Shown piece after piece: positions 1-10,083 of a stretch of 64,000 bases of DNA. This DNA is from Alphaproteobacteria bacterium (GTDB lineage: Bacteria; Pseudomonadota; Alphaproteobacteria; RF32; CAG-239). Positions within the stretch are counted from its first letter, which is position 1, and every line of letters starts with the position of its first letter. The notes under the pieces were generated by a model. That model was not told the DNA's origin, searched no databases, and saw nothing but the letters and a program-made list of their open reading frames with translations. The stretch spans positions 4,902 through 68,901 of the forward strand of contig JAZRCM010000011.1 in assembly GCA_045659785.1 (NCBI GenBank), given 5' to 3'. Both the position numbers and the translations under genes were made by a program.

Positions 1-204
1 GAAGTTTAAACCAAATTTTAGCATGTTCTTTTTCGTTGTTTGCTGTTTGTTCAAACTTGTCGGCAATAATGTTATAGCCTTCTTTTTTAGCTTTTGACGC
101 ATAATATGTATATTTGTTGCGAGCTTGCGATTCTCCGGCAAAAGCTTCCATTAAATTTTTTTCGGTTTTGGATCCTTTAAGTTCCATAGTTTAAACTCCT
201 TATA

Positions 205-585
205 TTAGTTTTTAGTTTGACAATTTTTGCACGTGCCTTGAAAGGAAAGTTCTGTTCTTTCAATGGCAAAACCTGTTTTTTTCCAAACATTGTCGGCAAT
301 ATCCGATGCAATATCATAGGGAATATCATATATCTTATTGCATTTTGTGCAAATAAAATGATGATGGTTGTGGGTATTATGGTCAAAGTGAGCTGCATCG
401 TCAAGTCCGTATATTTTTTTGATGATACCTTTTTCTGCCAAAAGATTAAGGTTGCGATATACGGTTGCCAGCCCAATGTTTGGAAAATCTTTTATTATCA
501 GTTTATACAGTTCATCGGCAGTAGGGTGAATTACATTCTCCTCTAAAGCTTTCAGAACTATTTCTCTTTGTTTTGAATATTTCAT
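205..585 (-). CDS. fur: Fur-family metal-responsive transcriptional regulator (Fur/Zur/PerR-like)
   Basis: 126 aa. N-terminal winged-helix region followed by HFDHNTHNHHHFICTKCNKIYD and CKNCQ metal-binding motifs typical of the Fur family. A near-consensus Fur box lies in its own promoter. Confidence 0.8.
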   Translation of the reverse strand: MKYSKQREIVLKALEENVIHPTADELYKLIIKDFPNIGLATVYRNLNLLAEKGIIKKIYGLDDAAHFDHNTHNHHHFICTKCNKIYDIPYDIASDIADNVWKKTGFAIERTELSFQGTCKNCQTKN

Positions 586-601
586 TTTTTATCCTTAAAC
601 T

Positions 602-620
602 GATAATGATTATCATTATC
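602..620. promoter_or_regulatory. Fur box (gataatgattatcattatc, 18/19 match to the GATAATGATAATCATTATC consensus) in the fur promoter
   Basis: Read directly from the sequence immediately upstream of the fur start on the minus strand. Implies autoregulation. Confidence 0.6.
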
Positions 621-663
621 AATATAAGAAAAATAAAATAAGTCAATATTTAAAATAAAAATA

Positions 664-684
664 ATCCCGATTTTTTCGGGATTA
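664..684. terminator. Bidirectional rho-independent terminator hairpin (aatcccga-ttttt-tcgggatt) flanked by A and T runs
   Basis: 8 bp perfect stem. Sits downstream of gcrA (minus strand) and within the fur promoter region. Confidence 0.5.
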
Positions 685-697
685 TTTTTTGAAATTG

Positions 698-1234
698 TTA
701 TTTTTTATTGTTAGGCTTGACATAAGCAAGTGCGGCATGTTCTTCACAATAGGTTTGTCCTAATTTTATTTTTCTGCCACAGAAATGAAAATTTTCATCT
801 TTCGGGTCACCAATCGGCCAACGGCAAGTGTGATTGTCTAAATCGGTGAGTTTTGCGTTGCCGTTATAAGTTTTTGCCGGAGTAACCGGTTTGGGAGTAA
901 AAGTTTTTACTTCTTCAATAACCGGTTCAGGAGCTTTTTCTACAACCTTTTCTACAACTTTTTCCTCTTTTTTTACTTCTGCTTTTTCTTTTTCAACAGT
1001 TTTTTCTGCTGATTTTGATTTGCAGGATTTTTTTTCTTTTTTGGTTTCTTTAACTTCTTCCGGTTCTTTCTTTTTTATCGGAGACGGACGGGCATCAAGC
1101 TGCAAACGGTGTACTTTACCGACAATAGAGTTTTTGGATACACCGAGACGTTTTCCGATTTCTCCGGTAGTTAATCCTTGTTTCCACATAATTTTGAGGT
1201 CTTCAACCATCTTTTCAGTCCAAGCCATAGCCAT
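698..1234 (-). CDS. gcrA: GcrA cell-cycle regulator
   Basis: N-terminal KMWxxGLTTGEIGKRLGVSKNSIVGKVHRL helix-turn-helix. Lys/Glu-rich linker. C-terminal CRWPIGDP...FCG...YCEEH block characteristic of alphaproteobacterial GcrA. Confidence 0.8.
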   Translation of the reverse strand: MAMAWTEKMVEDLKIMWKQGLTTGEIGKRLGVSKNSIVGKVHRLQLDARPSPIKKKEPEEVKETKKEKKSCKSKSAEKTVEKEKAEVKKEEKVVEKVVEKAPEPVIEEVKTFTPKPVTPAKTYNGNAKLTDLDNHTCRWPIGDPKDENFHFCGRKIKLGQTYCEEHAALAYVKPNNKK

Positions 1235-1355
1235 TTCTCCTTAAAAAATTAACAACACAATAGTAAAACAATATTTTTTGCGAGTCTAGTATTTTCTTTA
1301 CTTGATTACTTTTTATTAAATGTATTATTATTATAATGTAAAAGAGGTGCGTTTT

Positions 1356-2600
1356 ATGAAGTTTAGATTTTTTATATTTATTTGTTTTTTACTGATATTA
1401 TCCGGTGGCAAGGCAAATGCTATTTCGCCGGCGGATTATGCCGATCGTTTCAAGATTGATTTGGAAGCATCTCTTCCGAAAATCGAAGATTTACGCATTC
1501 AATTTGCTCCGGCTCCGGTTTATGACCGAAAATATAAGTATTATTGGTCGATAGGAGATAAGTTTGATAAAGAATTTGCTCAAACAATTCGTAAGTATGG
1601 AACAAGAGAAAAACGCATAAAATGGCAAGGCGAAGACGAATATTATGAAATGATAAAATCTATGCCTCCGCAAATGTATGAATATATCGGACCATATTTG
1701 CACACTGTTCCGGGGATTCCGGAAAAAGTCTTGAATATGCCGGGGATTAAGGAAACAAAAAATAAATTTCCTAGCAGAATCGCTCCGCAACTTGCGGATA
1801 TAGAAGATATAGAGATGATTTCTCCGGTTTTATATTTTCTCCTAATGCCCGAAATGTGGCCTAATGAAAATGAGGCGGAAGAAATTGTAATGCCTAAGCC
1901 AATGCCTGAACCTGCAAATAAGTATAATTCAAAACTTTTGGATGATATTGCTAAAAAATTGTCTCCGCAGGATTATGCTCCGGGTGTTACGGCAAAAAGT
2001 AATATTAAAAGCCGTTTGAGAACCATAAGTCCTGATGAAAATTCTCCTTTAACCGCGGCTGATGTTAAAGCAGTAATCGATACATTTAATGATTTAAAAA
2101 ATTTCGGTTCTGACATAGTAACGCAGGTACAATTGGTGGAGGCCGGGTATTTGCTGGATGCTTGGGAAGATGCCAACGGAACAGGGGTTGGTTTATCTAA
2201 CCTAAAAGATTTGGTTACTCCCTGTGCAAGGTTGGTACAAAAAATACGCCTTATCGGAAAAAGCACCGAGTTTCAAAGTGTAATATCTAAAAAAGGCTTT
2301 AGCGAAAATGAGTGGGCTTATACTTGTGATAAAACCATAAAAGCGTACAGATTATTGAGAATGAGCCAAGTTGAGCTATTGACAATAAGGTTATATAGAA
2401 AAAATGTTTTTCAACATTCTTTACAGTCATACAATTATAAATACGGACCGAAAATTGCGGCAACAATGCAGAGTATGATTGAAAGATATGACTCTACGGT
2501 TGATGATATGCTGGAAGTTAAGAAAAATTCCAAGGCGTTAGATGAGGTTTTACATGACTCAAAATTCCGAATCGTGGGACAAGAAATTTTTATGAAGTAA
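1356..2600 (+). CDS. Secreted hypothetical protein (signal peptide MKFRFFIFICFLLILSGGKANA)
   Basis: Start moved to the ATG at 1356, which is preceded by an aaagaggtg RBS. Cleavable signal peptide. No recognisable domain. Confidence 0.55.
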   Translation: MKFRFFIFICFLLILSGGKANAISPADYADRFKIDLEASLPKIEDLRIQFAPAPVYDRKYKYYWSIGDKFDKEFAQTIRKYGTREKRIKWQGEDEYYEMIKSMPPQMYEYIGPYLHTVPGIPEKVLNMPGIKETKNKFPSRIAPQLADIEDIEMISPVLYFLLMPEMWPNENEAEEIVMPKPMPEPANKYNSKLLDDIAKKLSPQDYAPGVTAKSNIKSRLRTISPDENSPLTAADVKAVIDTFNDLKNFGSDIVTQVQLVEAGYLLDAWEDANGTGVGLSNLKDLVTPCARLVQKIRLIGKSTEFQSVISKKGFSENEWAYTCDKTIKAYRLLRMSQVELLTIRLYRKNVFQHSLQSYNYKYGPKIAATMQSMIERYDSTVDDMLEVKKNSKALDEVLHDSKFRIVGQEIFMK

Positions 2601-2705
2601 AAACAATGATGTATTCTCAGAAAAGTACGGTTTTTCTTGCCAGTTCGGCAAAATAAGGTTATATTCGGGCAAAAATATGTTTTAACACTAAAAAAAGGTA
2701 AAAAA

Positions 2706-3185
2706 ATGGCTAGAGTTACAGTTGAAGATTGTATTGATAAAATCCCTAATCGTTATGATTTGGTTATGATTTCTACACAAAGAGCGAAAGATATTTCTTC
2801 CGGTTCTCCGATTACGGTTGCTCGCGATAACGATAAAAATCCGGTTATTGCATTGCGTGAAATTGCCGAAGAGACAGTAAGTGTTGAAGATTTGCAAAAA
2901 TCTTTGGTTATGGGACTTCAAAAATATGTTGAAATTGAAGAACCGCAAGAAGAAGAAATGGAAATTATGGCTGCGGAGAGAGAATTGGCAGAATTGGATG
3001 AACAATTCTCTGGTGTTTTGTTGGAAAGCGAAGTTGCGGAAGGTATGCAAATTTCTTCTGATGAAGATATTGATTTTGATGCGGCAATGGATGATGCTGA
3101 CGAAGATTTTGACGGCGAAGATGATCTCGGTTTTGATGACGGAGCAGATTTCGGCGACGATATGGGTGATTTTGACGAAGAATAA
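2706..3185 (+). CDS. rpoZ: DNA-directed RNA polymerase omega subunit with a long acidic C-terminal tail
   Basis: [31 protein letters not shown] is the canonical RpoZ N-terminus. An acidic D/E-rich extension follows. Start moved to the internal ATG at 2706. Confidence 0.8.
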   Translation: MARVTVEDCIDKIPNRYDLVMISTQRAKDISSGSPITVARDNDKNPVIALREIAEETVSVEDLQKSLVMGLQKYVEIEEPQEEEMEIMAAERELAELDEQFSGVLLESEVAEGMQISSDEDIDFDAAMDDADEDFDGEDDLGFDDGADFGDDMGDFDEE

Positions 3186-3205
3186 TATTTTAGGCAATTA
3201 TCCGG

Positions 3206-5344
3206 ATGTTAAGACAGTACGAATTAGTTGATTTGGTCACATCTTATGACCCTGATGCAGATGAAGACGCATTAAACCGCGCTTATGTGTTTGCTATGAA
3301 AAAACACGGGGCACAATTACGTGCGTCCGGCGATCCGTACTATTCTCATCCGGTTGAAGTTGCCGGTATTCTTACGAAATTTAAACTCGACAGCAATTCG
3401 GTTATTGCCGGATTGTTGCATGATACGGTTGAAGATACCGACACGACGATTGAAGAAGTACGCAATTTGTTTGGTGAACAAGTAGCCGGCATTGTTGACG
3501 GTTTAACTAAGTTGGCAATGATTGAACAAAAATCAGTTTATACCAAACAGGCTGAAAACTTCCGCAAGTTGCTTTTGGCAATGTCGGAAGATATCCGAGT
3601 TTTGCTGATTAAGTTGGCAGACAGATTGCATAATATGCGTACTTTACACTTCTTAAAGCCGGAAAAAAGAGCTCGTATTGCCAGAGAAACTTTGGATATT
3701 TATGCTCCATTGGCCGAACGTATCGGTATGCAGGAGGTTAAGAGCGAGTTGGAAGAACTTGCTTTTAGCGAATTGTATAAAGATGCACACGACTCTATCA
3801 TTGCTCGTTTGAACTTTTTACGTGAGCAAGGAAGTGATATCGTTCCGAAGATTATTGCCGCGTTGAAAAAAGATATGGCAGACAATGGGGTTAATTGCAT
3901 TGTTACCGGTCGAGAAAAGACACCTTATTCTATATGGCGTAAAATGCAGCAGAAAAATGCTTCTTTTGAGCAACTTTCGGATATTATGGCATTTAGAATT
4001 TGTGTCGATGATATTGGCGCATGTTACCAAGCTCTGGGTATTGTTCACAGCAAATATCACATGGTGCCTCGTCGTTTCAAAGACTATATTTCAACGCCTA
4101 AACCTAACGGATATCAATCTATACATACCGGAGTTATCGGGCCGGAAAATACCAGAATCGAGATACAAATTCGTACATTTGAAATGCACGAAATTGCAGA
4201 AAAAGGTGTGGCAGCTCACTGGGCATATAAACAAGGACAAAAGGCAGAAGGTAAAAACTTCCGGTGGATTAGGGAATTGTTGGAAATTTTGGAACAGGCT
4301 TCTAATCCGGAAGAGTTTTTGGAAAATACAAAACTTGAGATGTATAATGACCAAGTATTTTGTTTTACTCCGAAAGGCGATTTGATAGGATTGCCGGTCA
4401 ATTCTACTCCGGTTGACTTTGCTTATGCCGTTCACTCTTCTGTCGGAGACACTTGTGTCGGAGCAAAAATCAATGGCGAAATCAGACCGTTGAGAACGAT
4501 TTTGCAAAATGGTGACCAAGTAGAAATTTTGACCTCAAAGGCTCAACATCCCTCTACCGAATGGGAACGTTTTGTCGTTACCGGAAAAGCTAAAGCGGCA
4601 ATTCGCAGATATGTGCGTGCAAACAAGAGAGACCAGTTTATTGTTCTGGGGCAAGAGATTTTAGAAAAATTATTTAAGAATGAAAATCTTGATTTTTCTG
4701 AAAAGAGTTTGGTTAATGTTTTATCCTCTTTTGAAGCAGAATCAATTAATGATTTATATGCAAAAGTAGGTGAGGGGCTTGTAACCGGTTGGGATGTTAT
4801 GAAGGCGGTTTATCCGGCTTATAAACAATCAAAGTTGGATAAAGTTGTTCAGGCAATTAAGGTTCCGAGCTTTAAAAAGACAAAGAAAAAAGATGCTTCT
4901 CCTTTGCAAATAGAGGGGCTAATCCCCGGTATGGCAATGCACTTTGCCGGTTGTTGTCACCCGTTGCCGGGAGACAGAATTGTCGGTATCGTAACTACCG
5001 GAAAAGGTGTTGCTGTACATACAATAGATTGTAAGGCTTTAGAAAAATTTGCTAATGAACCGGAACGATGGTTGGATATTTCTTGGGGAAAACAAGAAGC
5101 AACCGATATTCATACCGGACGATTGAAAGTTATGCTCTCTAACGAACCCGGAACTTTGGGCGAAATATCAAATATTTTAGCTCGCCATAATACTAATATT
5201 TCGAATTTAAATATTGTATATCGAACAGTCAGCTATTTTGAGATTATATTAGATGTAGAAGTTAAAAGTGTTCATCAGCTAAACGATGTGATTGCTGCAC
5301 TAAAATCTTCAAAAGTTGTCAGTTATGTTGCTCGTTCAAGTTAG
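3206..5344 (+). CDS. spoT: Bifunctional (p)ppGpp synthetase/hydrolase (Rsh/SpoT)
   Basis: 712 aa. HD hydrolase motif (LLHDTVEDT), RelA/SpoT synthetase region, TGS and ACT C-terminal domains. Sits directly downstream of rpoZ as in alphaproteobacteria. Confidence 0.9.
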   Translation: MLRQYELVDLVTSYDPDADEDALNRAYVFAMKKHGAQLRASGDPYYSHPVEVAGILTKFKLDSNSVIAGLLHDTVEDTDTTIEEVRNLFGEQVAGIVDGLTKLAMIEQKSVYTKQAENFRKLLLAMSEDIRVLLIKLADRLHNMRTLHFLKPEKRARIARETLDIYAPLAERIGMQEVKSELEELAFSELYKDAHDSIIARLNFLREQGSDIVPKIIAALKKDMADNGVNCIVTGREKTPYSIWRKMQQKNASFEQLSDIMAFRICVDDIGACYQALGIVHSKYHMVPRRFKDYISTPKPNGYQSIHTGVIGPENTRIEIQIRTFEMHEIAEKGVAAHWAYKQGQKAEGKNFRWIRELLEILEQASNPEEFLENTKLEMYNDQVFCFTPKGDLIGLPVNSTPVDFAYAVHSSVGDTCVGAKINGEIRPLRTILQNGDQVEILTSKAQHPSTEWERFVVTGKAKAAIRRYVRANKRDQFIVLGQEILEKLFKNENLDFSEKSLVNVLSSFEAESINDLYAKVGEGLVTGWDVMKAVYPAYKQSKLDKVVQAIKVPSFKKTKKKDASPLQIEGLIPGMAMHFAGCCHPLPGDRIVGIVTTGKGVAVHTIDCKALEKFANEPERWLDISWGKQEATDIHTGRLKVMLSNEPGTLGEISNILARHNTNISNLNIVYRTVSYFEIILDVEVKSVHQLNDVIAALKSSKVVSYVARSS

Positions 5345-5355
5345 GGAGATGGCGG

Positions 5356-5916
5356 TTGTTCAAAAGAAGAAAAAAACAAACACTGTTGACCAGAGCAAAA
5401 TCGTGGTTTTGGCCCTCTATCGGTTGGAGCAAATACAGACAATATTTGGTATTACGACTGAGCCGATTGGGGAGTACGCCGTATTCTATTGCGGCCGGAG
5501 TTGCCTGCGGGGTTGCAATATCTTTTACTCCGTTTGTCGGTTTGCATTTTGTGTTGGCAGCAATTACCGCTTTTTTGTGTCGCGGAAATATTTTAGCTTC
5601 TGCCGTTGGAACGGCAATGGGAAATCCGTGGACTTTTCCGATTATTTGGGTATCGGTATATTATACCGGAAAATGGTTTTTGGGTATCGGAGTTGATAAG
5701 CATGTTTCGTTTATGCAAACTTTTGAAAAAGGAATGCATGCTTTGATGAGTTTTGATTTTTCAAATTTTGTAACCGATGTTTGGCCGGTTATATATCCGA
5801 TGATGGTAGGTTGCATACCCTATTACATCGTTTCATGGTTGTTAAGCTATTATATTGTTTGGCATGCCTTAAATCATATAAGCAGAAAAAAGAAACAAAA
5901 AAGGAATGTAATATGA
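5356..5916 (+). CDS. DUF2062-family membrane protein
   Basis: 186 aa, multiple TM helices, conserved GNPWTFP motif. Confidence 0.55.
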   Translation: MFKRRKKQTLLTRAKSWFWPSIGWSKYRQYLVLRLSRLGSTPYSIAAGVACGVAISFTPFVGLHFVLAAITAFLCRGNILASAVGTAMGNPWTFPIIWVSVYYTGKWFLGIGVDKHVSFMQTFEKGMHALMSFDFSNFVTDVWPVIYPMMVGCIPYYIVSWLLSYYIVWHALNHISRKKKQKRNVI

Positions 5917-6299
5917 TAATCGGGCTTGGAAATGACATATGCAATATTACGCGAATTGAACAAAGTTATAAAAAATTCGGTCAGCATTTTATCAAACGTT
6001 GTTTTGGTAAAAACGAGCAAGCAGAGTTGCAACAGCTTGCAGATGAAAAGAAATTTTGTGCGTCTTTAGCCAAAAGGTTTGCTGCAAAGGAGGCTTTCAG
6101 TAAGGCTTTAGGAACAGGTTTTAAGAACGGACTTGTTTGGGCGGAGATAGAAATTTTACATAAGAAAGACGGACAACCTTATGTTTGTCTTTCCGAGAAA
6201 ACAGAACAGCTCATAAAAGAAAAAGGAGCTAAAAATATTTTTGTAAGTTTATCCGATGACTATCCTTTTGCACAAGCGGTGGTCATTATTGAGGGTTAG
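5913..6299 (+). CDS. acpS: Holo-[acyl-carrier-protein] synthase
   Basis: MIIGLGNDICNITRIE...FAAKEAFSKALGTG is the AcpS signature. ATG overlaps the upstream stop (atga). Confidence 0.8.
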   Translation: MIIGLGNDICNITRIEQSYKKFGQHFIKRCFGKNEQAELQQLADEKKFCASLAKRFAAKEAFSKALGTGFKNGLVWAEIEILHKKDGQPYVCLSEKTEQLIKEKGAKNIFVSLSDDYPFAQAVVIIEG

Positions 6300-6315
6300 A
6301 TTAAGAGAGGAAACT

Positions 6316-7047
6316 ATGGAAGAAAGAGAAAGTTTTGCCGATACAATTAAGACAGTAGTATTAGCTATCGTTATTGCTGTTTTAATCAGAAGTTTTTTAT
6401 TTGAGCCGTTCAAAATTCCGTCCGGTTCAATGTATCCTAATTTGTATGTCGGGGATTTTTTGTTTGTGTCAAAATATACGTACGGATATTCAAAGCACTC
6501 TTTCCCGTTCAGTATTCCTCTGTTTTCTGGCAGGATTTGGGCAGATGAGCCTAAAGTCGGTGATGTTGTGGTATTTAAATATCCTCAAGATAATCGCACT
6601 GATTTTATCAAAAGAATTGTCGGTGTTCCCGGAGATAAAATCAAATTGGAAAACGGTCGTTTATTTATAAACGGCAAAGAACTTCCGCGTGAAGAAAAAG
6701 AAAATTTCGTCGTTCGCAATAATATGGGATATGCGGAACGTTATCATCAATATGTTGAAACCTTGCCAAATGGTTTGGAACATACAATTTTAGAAATTTC
6801 CGATAACGAAAATGATGATAATTTTGCAGAAGTTACCGTTCCTGAAAATAATTATTTTATGATGGGCGATAATCGTGATCGTTCTGATGACAGTCGTATT
6901 CATGTCGGTTTTGTTCCTTATGAAAACTTGGTAGGAAAAGCTCGTTTCTTGTTCTTTTCTTATGATCCTCATGAAGGAGCTTGGTATAAGCCTTGGACTT
7001 GGGGCAAAAAAATTCGTTGGCGCCGTTTGTTTAATAAAATATCATAA
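6316..7047 (+). CDS. lepB: Signal peptidase I
   Basis: N-terminal TM helix, SGSMYPNL catalytic Ser box, KRIVGVPGD and GDNRDRSDDSR boxes. Start at ATG 6316 after an agagagg RBS. Confidence 0.85.
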   Translation: MEERESFADTIKTVVLAIVIAVLIRSFLFEPFKIPSGSMYPNLYVGDFLFVSKYTYGYSKHSFPFSIPLFSGRIWADEPKVGDVVVFKYPQDNRTDFIKRIVGVPGDKIKLENGRLFINGKELPREEKENFVVRNNMGYAERYHQYVETLPNGLEHTILEISDNENDDNFAEVTVPENNYFMMGDNRDRSDDSRIHVGFVPYENLVGKARFLFFSYDPHEGAWYKPWTWGKKIRWRRLFNKIS

Positions 7048-7061
7048 AAAAGCAGGTAAAT

Positions 7062-7730
7062 ATGGAAGCATTAGAAAACAAACTCGGATATAAGTTTAAT
7101 GATAGGACATTGTTATTCAGGGCTTTAACTCATAGCAGTATTACCGGCAACTTATCTGCAAATTATGAGCGCTTGGAATTTTTAGGCGATAGAGTTTTGG
7201 GGGTGGCTGTTGCGGCAATGCTGTGCCGATTGTTTCCTAATGAGCCGGAAGGAAATTTGTCGCAAAGATTTATGGCCTTGGTTTGTAAAGAAACTGTTTC
7301 GGAAGTTGCTTTAGATTTAGGCTTAGATAAATATATTCGAGCCGAAGGTATAGATGTAAAAAATAATGATAATGTTCTTTGTGATGTCGGAGAAGCAATT
7401 ATCGGTGCCATATATACGGACAGCGGTTGTGTGCAGGCGATAGAGTTTGTTGAAAAACATTGGGGGGCGTTGATTAATACTCATACCAATCCGCCCAAAG
7501 ATGCTAAAACTGCTTTGCAGGAATATGCTCACAGCAAAGGATGGAATACTCCCAAATATACGGAAGTAGGTCGTGAAGGAACTGAACATAATCCTATTTT
7601 TTCAATGAAAGTTGTTGTTAACGGACAGGATGAACAAATCGGAAAAGGACATAATAAAAAACTGGCCGAACAAGATGCAGCTCAAAAGATGTTAAAAGCT
7701 TTAGGAGTAAAAAATGGAACAAAAAAATAA
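7062..7730 (+). CDS. rnc: Ribonuclease III
   Basis: ERLEFLGDRVLG RNase III signature plus C-terminal dsRBD. Confidence 0.9.
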   Translation: MEALENKLGYKFNDRTLLFRALTHSSITGNLSANYERLEFLGDRVLGVAVAAMLCRLFPNEPEGNLSQRFMALVCKETVSEVALDLGLDKYIRAEGIDVKNNDNVLCDVGEAIIGAIYTDSGCVQAIEFVEKHWGALINTHTNPPKDAKTALQEYAHSKGWNTPKYTEVGREGTEHNPIFSMKVVVNGQDEQIGKGHNKKLAEQDAAQKMLKALGVKNGTKK

Positions 7731-8625
7731 TCTTCCGTCTCGATGCGGTTTTGTTACTCTTATCGGAGCTCCTAATGCCGGAAAATCTACGATTACCAAT
7801 GATTTTGTCGGATCTAAAGTGTCGATTGTAAGCCCTAAAGCTCAAACGACCAGAACAATGGTTAAGGGGATAGGTATTTATGAAAATACCCAAATTATTT
7901 TTCAGGATACCCCGGGAATTTTTAAGCCTAAACGTCGGTTAGACAGGTCTATGGTTGCTTCGGCGTGGGGCGGAGCAAAAGACGGCGATATTTTGGTTTT
8001 GGTGGTCGATGCAAAACGCGGATTTGATAATGAAACCAGAACTATAATTGATGAACTTAATAAACAAAACAGAGAAGCAGTTTTGGTCTTAAATAAGGTT
8101 GATATGTTGAGCAAAGAGAAGCTGTTACCTTTATCTGCAGAACTCAATGCTTACGGACATTTTGCGGAAACTTTTATGGTGTCGGCTACTACCGGCGAAA
8201 ATATGGATATTTTTTATAAATATTTAGCAGATAATTTGCCTTTATCTACGTGGTATTATCCGGAAGAACAAATGTCGGATATGCCATTGAAACTGTTGGC
8301 AGCAGAGGTTGTTAGAGAAAAACTGTTTTTAATGTTGCAACAAGAAATTCCATATTCTTTAACTGTTGAACCGGAATTGTGGCAAAGACGTGATGATAAT
8401 TCTGTTCGTGCGGAAATGACTATTTATGTGGAAAGAGAAGGACAGAAGAAGATTATTGTCGGACAGGGCGGAACGATGATTAAAAAGATAGGTGAAAAGG
8501 CTCGTCACGAATTAGAGAATATGCTTGATTGCCGTATTCACTTGTTTTTGTTTGTGAAAGTTCGTGAAAATTGGGTGAATGATCCTGCCAGATATAGCGA
8601 TTGGGGATTGAATTATAACGCTTAA
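7714..8625 (+). CDS. era: GTPase Era
   Basis: GAPNAGKST P-loop, DTPG, NKVD motifs and C-terminal KH domain. Overlaps the rnc 3' end. Confidence 0.9.
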   Translation: MEQKNNLPSRCGFVTLIGAPNAGKSTITNDFVGSKVSIVSPKAQTTRTMVKGIGIYENTQIIFQDTPGIFKPKRRLDRSMVASAWGGAKDGDILVLVVDAKRGFDNETRTIIDELNKQNREAVLVLNKVDMLSKEKLLPLSAELNAYGHFAETFMVSATTGENMDIFYKYLADNLPLSTWYYPEEQMSDMPLKLLAAEVVREKLFLMLQQEIPYSLTVEPELWQRRDDNSVRAEMTIYVEREGQKKIIVGQGGTMIKKIGEKARHELENMLDCRIHLFLFVKVRENWVNDPARYSDWGLNYNA

Positions 8626-9230
8626 ATTCCGATTTTTTGTAAAAAGTCAAATAGTTCGTCGGCTATAATTTCATGTCCTTCTGCGTTGGGATGTGTGGCA
8701 TCTTTATATAAATTTTCTAAATTTCGGTTTTTCCATTTATTATAACGAGCGAAAAAAGTAATATTACGTTTTAGGCAAATGTTTTCGATAATTTGGTTAT
8801 ATTTTTCAACATCTTCATTGCGACGAATTAAAGTTGCCTGTTCTGTATAACGATTTTCAACTACCGGAATTAAGTCGGTAACAATAATTTGGGCATTGGT
8901 TTTATTTAAGGTATCAAGTAGTCGATTCCAATAAACGACTCGAGCTCCTTCTGATATATCGGTTTCTAAATTACTGTCTTTACGACGTCGTAAATCATTA
9001 ATTCCGATATTAACGATAATAACGTCAAAACTACGGGTTAGAGCTTCAGTAATTGCTCTAAACGAAGCGTCTGCGATATTGTCTCCGGCTTGTGACATAT
9101 TGTTGAATACATATTCTCCGGCTTTTTCTTGCAACATTTTTTGTGCTAAACGGGAAACCCAGCCAAGATTGTTTTCATCATAAAATCCGTGCGCTATACT
9201 GTCGCCGATAATGCCGATTTTTTTCATCAC
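8622..9230 (-). CDS. SGNH/GDSL-family hydrolase
   Basis: IGDSIAHGF (GDS block with catalytic Ser), later DATHPNAEGH (DxxH block). No signal peptide. Confidence 0.7.
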   Translation of the reverse strand: MMKKIGIIGDSIAHGFYDENNLGWVSRLAQKMLQEKAGEYVFNNMSQAGDNIADASFRAITEALTRSFDVIIVNIGINDLRRRKDSNLETDISEGARVVYWNRLLDTLNKTNAQIIVTDLIPVVENRYTEQATLIRRNEDVEKYNQIIENICLKRNITFFARYNKWKNRNLENLYKDATHPNAEGHEIIADELFDFLQKIGI

Positions 9231-9392
9231 AGTTTTCCTTTTTTAGAAAAAAATTGCCAAAAATTTAAAAATACGCTTGCTTTTTGGTGCATTTTTGTAT
9301 ATAGTACATTCATTCAAACAATTTTTATCACTATAATATTTCCAAAAGTTTAACAGTCTGTGAAGGTGCAGACAAAATTAAATCAAAATCTT

Positions 9393-9947
9393 ATGAAAAG
9401 GTTTATGTTGATGATGTGCGCGATGCTCTCTGTAGTAGTTGCGTCTGCGCAGGGTGTTGATCTCTCAAAGTGGAGATTCCACGTTGCTCCAACTGTTTAC
9501 GGCGGTTATAACTGCCTTGAAAGTACCCCTGTTGCGGGTATTGCTATCCCTGTCTATGCAGGTTTGATTCGTGCCGAGGCTGAACTCAGCTACAATATGC
9601 ACGATACCTCGCTCGGACACTACAATTACTTTACCTACGGTCACTACTTCGGTATGCAGTACGGTAATGACAAGATAAAAGGATATGCGCTGATAGGTGC
9701 AACCACATGGCCTTGCATAACGAGAGTCGGAGCTCCTTATTATCAGGGAGATGAAGACTACTTTAGTGTTTGCGACATTCAGGGAAAGATTAAGTGCGGC
9801 GTTGATGTAACCCTGTACAAAAAGCTTTTCCTCAATGCAGAACTCGGTTATGTGCTGGTTTCTGACGGCGGTCAGTACTATGAAACTTTCAATCAGCTCG
9901 CGATACGCATAGGTATCGGTTGGCGGTTTGGTTTCAAACACGCATAA
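9393..9947 (+). CDS. Small outer-membrane beta-barrel protein, paralog 1 (Bacteroidetes-style signal peptide ending ASAQ)
   Basis: Signal peptide MKRFMLMMCAMLSVVVASAQ. Alternating amphipathic strands. C-terminal IGIGWRFGFKHA aromatic terminus. G+C is visibly higher than in neighbouring genes. The ORF track extends to 9360; the internal Met is chosen as start. Confidence 0.55.
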   Translation: MKRFMLMMCAMLSVVVASAQGVDLSKWRFHVAPTVYGGYNCLESTPVAGIAIPVYAGLIRAEAELSYNMHDTSLGHYNYFTYGHYFGMQYGNDKIKGYALIGATTWPCITRVGAPYYQGDEDYFSVCDIQGKIKCGVDVTLYKKLFLNAELGYVLVSDGGQYYETFNQLAIRIGIGWRFGFKHA

Positions 9948-9953
9948 TTTCCA

Positions 9954-9986
9954 AGAGGGGCGTCTTTCGACCCCCTCTTTTTTTGT
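9954..9986 (+). terminator. Rho-independent terminator (agaggggcgtctttcgaccccctct + T run)
   Basis: GC-rich hairpin followed by tttttttg. Confidence 0.5.
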
Positions 9987-10083
9987 TAATAATTTTTTAT
10001 AAAATAGAGTTTGATTTTTTTTGTTTTTTGTCATATAATGTGAGTAATGAAAATCATTATTAACAAATTAAAACCTTATAGCT

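Noticed and set aside
891-1244. Plus-strand ORF antisense to gcrA, and similar antisense/overlapping ORFs in the track (e.g. 1491-1790, 2688-3197, 3700-4519, 5316-5696, 6401-6670, 7163-7893, 9465-10034, 11194-11530, 22074-22763, 26057-27477, 28615-29041, 33538-34176, 36084-37047, 42837-43535, 46434-47461, 50137-51344, 52964-53272, 55326-55682)
   Set aside because: They lie entirely inside, and antisense or out of frame to, well-supported genes with clear homology. They show low-complexity or frame-shadow amino acid composition and lack RBSs.
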